A stretch of 49,188 nt of DNA from Bacteroidales bacterium. Its GTDB lineage: Bacteria; Bacteroidota; Bacteroidia; Bacteroidales; WCHB1-69. The stretch covers positions 1 to 49,188 of the forward strand of contig JAAYKF010000038.1 in assembly GCA_012522535.1 (NCBI GenBank), read 5' to 3'. Below the pieces are notes generated by a model that saw only the letters and a list, made by a program, of their open reading frames with translations, did not search any database and was not told the origin of the DNA. Position 1 is the first letter of the stretch. Every line of letters begins with the position of its first letter. Positions 44,477 through 49,188 of this stretch are shown piece after piece. The position numbers and the translations under genes were made by a program.

Positions 44477-45376
44477 CTACCACAGTGGCGAAGGATAAAC
44501 TCCTTCTTCGTGAAGTTTTTTCAAACTTTCTACAACACTTTCTCTATCTTCTCTGTATGTAACGCCAAACCATGATGCTGTTGTACTAAGGACGTGTACA
44601 TTAGTTTTGTTAGCTTTTATTAGATCGTTTACTGCAAATGGAATATAAAATTCAGCTTTTTCGCTTTTGCTATTTTCTTCCAAAAACTTCTGAAACATCT
44701 CTTTTAGTTGTACAAAAATTTGTGGAGAAAATCCCCAGAAATTCATGGAGACCAAGCTGTTGGCATCTAAAGTGTTGATTTCGCCATTGGCATTTTCAAA
44801 AATGATTTTTTCTCCATCGGGTCTAATTTTTGTATGCTCGTCAACGTCAGTTAAAATATTATCTTGGTTCATTTGGCAAACCCCCCTCGACACAAAACCA
44901 TTTTCCGACAAGGTGTTATTTAGATAATATCCCACCATGGAATAGTCGTTATTTTTGACTTTTTCGCTAATCAAAAACTTGCCCATCTGCATAAAAGAGT
45001 CAGCACCGTAGAAGTCGTCTCCATTGATAACAGCAAAGGGTTCTTGAATTTTTTCGGCAGCCATCAATATGGCATGACCTGTTCCCCATGGCTTTGTGCG
45101 ATGTGAAACATCAAAACCTTCGGGAACAAATTCCACCTCTTGCAAAACATAATCCACCTCAATTGTTCCAGAATATTTGTCGGCAATTGCCTCTTTGAAA
45201 TCTTGCTCTATGCTTTTGCGAATTACAAAAACGACCTTGCCAAAACCAGCTTTATGGGCATCATAAACAGAATAATCGATGATGGTTTCGCCATAAGGAC
45301 CAAGTTTGTCAATCTGTTTCAGTCCGCCGTAGCGACTTCCAACCCCTGCTGCAAGTATCAATAATGATGGTTTCAT
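44477..45376 (-). CDS. sugar-phosphate nucleotidyltransferase family protein
   Basis: N-terminal LILAAGVGSRYGGLKQ (GxGxR nucleotide-binding loop), ..KPWGTGHA.., ..INGDDFYG... Confidence 0.65.
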   Translation of the reverse strand: MKPSLLILAAGVGSRYGGLKQIDKLGPYGETIIDYSVYDAHKAGFGKVVFVIRKSIEQDFKEAIADKYSGTIEVDYVLQEVEFVPEGFDVSHRTKPWGTGHAILMAAEKIQEPFAVINGDDFYGADSFMQMGKFLISEKVKNNDYSMVGYYLNNTLSENGFVSRGVCQMNQDNILTDVDEHTKIRPDGEKIIFENANGEINTLDANSLVSMNFWGFSPQIFVQLKEMFQKFLEENSKSEKAEFYIPFAVNDLIKANKTNVHVLSTTASWFGVTYREDRESVVESLKKLHEEGVYPSPLW

Positions 45377-45399
45377 AGTAATATCTTTATTTGTTTTTA

Positions 45400-45407
45400 C
45401 AAAATTA
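45400..45407 (-). promoter_or_regulatory. -7 promoter box (TAATTTTG on minus strand)
   Basis: TAnnTTTG 23 nt upstream of the ATG at 45376. Confidence 0.3.
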
Positions 45408-45414
45408 TAATTCT

Positions 45415-47073
45415 CTAAATATCGCTGTTTTCAAGTAGCATCCAATCTTCAATATCTGTATCCGAATCCACACTGTTTTCGCTTAAACTTGATGGAATTG
45501 TTTTTTTGGATTTCACCCCTAATTCACGCAACATTTCTGCTTGTCGGATAAGGTTCCCTGGTCCATCTTTCAACTGACCCAAAGCTGCCTGATACGACTT
45601 TTGTGAACGCTCGATGGTGTCGCCAATCTTTTCAAAATTCTCCACAAATCCAACAAATTTATCATAGAGATAAGCACCTCTTTCGGCAATTTGCAATGCG
45701 TTTTGACTCTGTTGTTCTCGCTTCCACAAATCGGCAATAAGTTTCAATGTAGCTATTAAATTTGTGGGGCTTATAAGCAAAATTCTTTTTCTGTAAGCAT
45801 ATTCCCAAAGCTCCTTATCGTGCTGAACAGCAGCAATATAAGCTGGTTCAATGGGGATAAACATCATTACAAAATCTAGTGATTTTAGATGATCTTGATA
45901 GTTTTTTAAATCCAAGTCATTTATATGAGCTTTTATGGAATTTACATGATTATCAAGTTCATTGTTCTGAGTTTCAACATCTTCTGCGTTGGAATACCTT
46001 TCATATGCAACAAGTGACACTTTTGAGTCTATGACGATTTCTCTGTCATCGGGAAGTTTCACCACCACATCGGGCTGCATTCTTCTGCCATCTTCATCTT
46101 TTACTGTTTTGTCAGCTTCGTCGCGGATAAACTCTTGTGCAAAAAATTCACGATCACGAACCAAGCCTGAATTTTCTAAGATGCTCTCCAAAATCATCTC
46201 GCCCCAATTACCTTGCTGTTTTACAGAACCTTTGAGTGCTTGGGTTAAGTTTTTAGCCTCCTGATTTATCTGCTCATTGAGCTGTGCCAGCTCCTTAACC
46301 CTTTCCGAAAGCGAGAAACGCTCCTTAGATTCAGTATTATAAACCTCTTCTACTTTCTTTTTGAAAGAGTCGATATTCTCCTTTAAAGGGTCTAAAATTT
46401 GCTTGATATTGGTCTGATTTTGCTCAGAAAACTTTTTACTCTTCTCTTCTAAAATTTTATTGGCAAGATTTTCAAACTCTTTGGTAAATTTTTCACCCAA
46501 ATCATTTATTTCATCTTTTTGGGTATTTAGCTTCTCATTCAAAGATTTGTTTTGCTCCAGCTGTGCCGAATATTTTTGTTTTATATCCAACAACTCATCG
46601 GCTTGAGCTTTAAGATTTTCTTCAAGGCTATTTAAACGATTTTGTTTGTCAGCAATTTCTTTATTCTGGGCATCAATTTTAATATTATTTTCGGCAATAA
46701 GTTTATTTAACTCCTGATCTCTTCTTTGAAGATTTTCCTTTTCAGATTCTAAGTTTTTTAGTGTGGAGCTAATCTCATCTAATCGCTCTTTGGAGCTTTT
46801 TAGTTCATTGTTTAAAACTGCCGAATTACTACTTAATTCCCTGATTTCTATATTTTTAGCTTCAATTTCTTCTTTTAGATTTCCTTGATTTTTATTTAAG
46901 CTCTCAATATCTTGAAGAAATTTCTCTTTTTCAGTCTCTAAGCTCTTATTTTTGAGCATAAGCTCTTCAAAATCAGCTTTAGAAAGTCTGTTTTTTGGTG
47001 TAAGAAAATGTTTTATAGCTAATCCTAAAACTAGCCCTATTACTAGTGAAATAATAGCGTATATTGTAGTCAT
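45415..47073 (-). CDS. rmuC: DNA recombination protein RmuC
   Basis: N-terminal TM helix, ~250-aa coiled coil, RmuC nuclease-like core (QGNWGEMILESILE, QPDVVVKLPD, VIDSKVSLVAYE, FVMMFIPIEPAY). Confidence 0.85.
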   Translation of the reverse strand: MTTIYAIISLVIGLVLGLAIKHFLTPKNRLSKADFEELMLKNKSLETEKEKFLQDIESLNKNQGNLKEEIEAKNIEIRELSSNSAVLNNELKSSKERLDEISSTLKNLESEKENLQRRDQELNKLIAENNIKIDAQNKEIADKQNRLNSLEENLKAQADELLDIKQKYSAQLEQNKSLNEKLNTQKDEINDLGEKFTKEFENLANKILEEKSKKFSEQNQTNIKQILDPLKENIDSFKKKVEEVYNTESKERFSLSERVKELAQLNEQINQEAKNLTQALKGSVKQQGNWGEMILESILENSGLVRDREFFAQEFIRDEADKTVKDEDGRRMQPDVVVKLPDDREIVIDSKVSLVAYERYSNAEDVETQNNELDNHVNSIKAHINDLDLKNYQDHLKSLDFVMMFIPIEPAYIAAVQHDKELWEYAYRKRILLISPTNLIATLKLIADLWKREQQSQNALQIAERGAYLYDKFVGFVENFEKIGDTIERSQKSYQAALGQLKDGPGNLIRQAEMLRELGVKSKKTIPSSLSENSVDSDTDIEDWMLLENSDI

Positions 47074-47196
47074 CTTTGAAATTTTTGATAAAAATAAGCA
47101 TTTATTTGCAGATTTTGGTTTGCAAATTCAATTTTTCAAAAAAGAGTACAAAATTATTTTGCTGTTGAGCAGAAATTATTTCGGGAGAGTACTAAT

Positions 47197-47538
47197 TTAC
47201 GAATTTGTTTCCTTGGGGAAAATAATTCTTGGTGTAAAATTCTTGGCTTCTTCAAAGTCCATAATTCCATAGGAGAGAATAATTACTATATCATCAACTT
47301 GCACTTTTCGGGCAGCTGGACCATTCAGGCAGATTACTCCAGAGCCTCTTTTCCCTTTGATAACGTATGTTTCGAGGCGTTCGCCATTATTTATATTTAT
47401 AACATGAACTTTCTCGTTCTCAATCAGGTTCACGGCATCCATCAGATCTTCGTCTATGGTGATACTTCCAATATAATTCAGATTGGCTTCGGTTACGCGG
47501 ATGCGATGAATTTTTGATTTTAATACTTCAATTTTCAT
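47197..47538 (-). CDS. panD: aspartate 1-decarboxylase proenzyme
   Basis: [24 protein letters not shown], with the self-processing Gly24-Ser25 site. Confidence 0.92.
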   Translation of the reverse strand: MKIEVLKSKIHRIRVTEANLNYIGSITIDEDLMDAVNLIENEKVHVININNGERLETYVIKGKRGSGVICLNGPAARKVQVDDIVIILSYGIMDFEEAKNFTPRIIFPKETNS

Positions 47539-47548
47539 TTCAGAAATG

Positions 47549-48385
47549 CTATTTTTTGATGATAATATTATCTATTAAACGAACTTCGCCCAGCCAAACA
47601 ACCATAAGACCAACAAATTGTTCGTCGGATTGTTGCGAAGGTATAAATTTTTCTGGATGATACCACTCAAAATATTCAATTTTGAATGATGGATTGTTGG
47701 CAAAAGTGTCCAAAATAAAATCTTTTGAAGCTTCTATGCCCTCTTGCAGAAGGATTTTAGCCGCATTATTCAAACTTTTCCAAATTAGCGGTGCTATTTC
47801 TCTTTCCTCTTTGCTAAGTCGCAAATTACGTGAGCTCATTGCCAAGCCGTCAAACTCCCTCACAATGGGACATGGCACAATATTTATATCAAAATTGCAC
47901 TGCTTTGCTATTGACTTGACAATAAGAAGTTGCTGATAATCCTTTAGTCCAAAATAGGTGTTATGCGGTTCAGTCATTTCGAACAAACGGCGCACCACAG
48001 CTGCTACTCCGTAGAAATGCCCCGGACGAAAAGCTCCCTCCAAAACCTTGTCCAAATGTCCGAAATCGTATTCTTCGCTGGGTTTTTCGGGATACATTTC
48101 TTCATTATTGGGTAAAAATACCACATCACAGCAATGTTTTATCATCTCCATATCCTTTTCCGGCATGCGTGGATATTTATCCAAATCGCTGGCATTATTA
48201 AACTGTATTGGGTTTACATAAATGCTACAAATTGTAATATCATTTTCGGAATATGATTTCTCCAAAAGAGAAATATGCCCTTTGTGCAAAGCTCCCATGG
48301 TGGGGACAAAGCCCACAGTTTTGCCCTGTGCTTTCTGATGGCGTACAAAGTCGAGAAGTTCTGCTGAGTGTTTGAATATATGCAT
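47549..48385 (-). CDS. panC: pantoate--beta-alanine ligase
   Basis: [16 protein letters not shown] (HIGH-like motif), ..YFGLKDYQQ.., ..GLAMSSRN... Confidence 0.92.
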   Translation of the reverse strand: MHIFKHSAELLDFVRHQKAQGKTVGFVPTMGALHKGHISLLEKSYSENDITICSIYVNPIQFNNASDLDKYPRMPEKDMEMIKHCCDVVFLPNNEEMYPEKPSEEYDFGHLDKVLEGAFRPGHFYGVAAVVRRLFEMTEPHNTYFGLKDYQQLLIVKSIAKQCNFDINIVPCPIVREFDGLAMSSRNLRLSKEEREIAPLIWKSLNNAAKILLQEGIEASKDFILDTFANNPSFKIEYFEWYHPEKFIPSQQSDEQFVGLMVVWLGEVRLIDNIIIKK

Positions 48386-48389
48386 TGAG

Positions 48390-48911
48390 TTAGTTTATTA
48401 TATCTAAAATATCGGCTTCGAGACTCTTTTGTGGAGTTTCCACAATTCTGCCAATTTCCATACCATTTTTATAAAAAATAAATGTGGGAACGCGTTCTAT
48501 AAAAAGTTCTTCCAAATCTATATTGGGAGCCGTTTTGTTGCGGTCAACACAAAAGATATTTTCTATGTAAATATTGTCGCTGTTTATATTTTCTAGTACT
48601 TTTACAAAAGGTGGAACTTGCTCATGACTGTCGCCGCACCAAGTGCCCAAAACAATGCAAATGCTCACAAAAGAATCGCTGTTTTGCTGAAAGAAATCAT
48701 TAATCTCAGCCACAATATCTTGATTTACTTCGTAAGATGAGTAGTAGATGGAGAAAAATTCAGCAAAAGAGCCAGTTTTTAGCTGCTCCATATTGCAAGT
48801 GCCAAGCATAATTTCCATGCCACTTTTCTCGTCAAAAATAGTGCTAAAGCCTTGACCAGATGTAGTGTAGATTGCAAAACTTGCAAAAAGAACAAGTGCT
48901 AATTTTCCCAT
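48390..48911 (-). CDS. secreted thioredoxin-fold protein with monothiol CxxS motif
   Basis: Signal peptide MGKLALVLFASFAIYTTSGQ. LGTWCGDSHEQVP is WCGDS in place of WCxxC. Downstream VPTFIFY cis-Pro-type loop. Confidence 0.55.
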   Translation of the reverse strand: MGKLALVLFASFAIYTTSGQGFSTIFDEKSGMEIMLGTCNMEQLKTGSFAEFFSIYYSSYEVNQDIVAEINDFFQQNSDSFVSICIVLGTWCGDSHEQVPPFVKVLENINSDNIYIENIFCVDRNKTAPNIDLEELFIERVPTFIFYKNGMEIGRIVETPQKSLEADILDIIN

Positions 48912-48928
48912 ACTCCTAAAATAGAGTG

Positions 48929-48936
48929 CAAAATTA
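48929..48936 (-). promoter_or_regulatory. -7 promoter box (TAATTTTG on minus strand)
   Basis: TAnnTTTG 17 nt upstream of the ATG at 48911, at the head of the trx-like/panC/panD same-strand run. Confidence 0.35.
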
Positions 48937-49188
48937 ATAAAAATAAATGGTTTGTAGCAAAAATTTTTTTCTTGAATATATAGACCACTTTCTTTATTTT
49001 GTAATCATTAGCGTCCGATAAAAATCAAAAACAATCCATTTAAAACCCTATATTATTGATTATCAGAGAGTATATTTTTGTATTTTCACAAATCACAAAA
49101 GTAAGCCTCTTAAAAAAGTGTCAAAAGTCCTAAATTTTGTTCTTGTTTTCGCCAGTCTTTTTCTGGATTTTCCAAGAAATTGAACAAA

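Noticed and set aside
47149-47156. CAAAATTA (TAATTTTG on the minus strand) 75 nt upstream of rmuC. A TATTTTTG at 49073-49080 (+) has no visible downstream gene.
   Set aside because: The distance to the start codon (rmuC) or the absence of a downstream ORF in the window makes assignment too uncertain.
49109-49122. CTTAAAAAAGTGTC near the window end matches the IS right end CTAAAAAAAGTGTC (1784-1797) at 13/14. ATTATCA and TTTTGTATTTT nearby echo the IS left region (171-191). Considered as a MITE-like deletion derivative.
   Set aside because: The matches are A/T-run dominated, and my rough expectation for such a 13/14 hit is ~0.5 by chance. The outer IR TTCCTGACTT is absent and the spacing is not collinear. 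It needs genome-wide IS-end consensus before any claim.
1-49188. Looked for rRNA, tRNA, tmRNA/RNase P-like structured GC-rich segments and for CRISPR-like regularly spaced repeats. I checked all non-coding gaps over 100 nt: 1788-1891, 6988-7138, 7607-7756, 10944-11048, 11808-12115, 24704-25095, 28582-28980, 47074-47196, 48912-49188.
   Set aside because: All gaps are AT-rich with only the hairpins already listed. There is no cloverleaf-compatible segment and no array of equal-length repeats with unique spacers. This is a by-eye inspection only; tRNAscan-SE/Infernal would be decisive.

Overview
AT-rich chromosomal segment from a member of the Bacteroidota. The assignment rests on a porP-gldK-gldL-gldM-gldN type IX secretion/gliding core cluster, a gldA-like gene, and TAnnTTTG -7 promoter boxes 15-30 nt upstream of many start codons. 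There are about 40 densely packed protein-coding genes, mostly housekeeping: nfo, tsaB, meaB, rlmN, ade, recG, pheT, rmuC, panCD, pabBC-like, amino-sugar catabolism, and a methylmalonyl-CoA carboxyltransferase with a biotin carrier. I saw no rRNA, tRNA or CRISPR array by eye. The non-housekeeping content is as follows. (1) One IS1634-family IS (about 126-1817) abuts a 3-prime stub of mutS. (2) A RAYT-like Y1 transposase (7139-7570) sits next to hairpin repeats. (3) A family of ~27-nt REP-like hairpins (CCTACAAGGTC-N5-GACCTTGYAGG) has four copies, three of them in an alternating BIME-like cluster at 24.8-25.0 kb. (4) A 1161-aa predicted outer-membrane beta-barrel protein lies directly upstream of the T9SS cluster and shares an exact 15-nt upstream motif with porP. 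(5) A ~1175-aa multi-PAS membrane sensor has C-terminal kinase-like and receiver-like modules that lack the catalytic and phospho-acceptor residues. I do not see a compact, clearly novel defence or toxin system. The best candidates for something undescribed are the OMP/T9SS association and the output-less sensor. All family assignments come from motif recognition by eye, not from database searches. Several ORF-track starts are TTG/GTG codons and were moved to the next ATG where noted.
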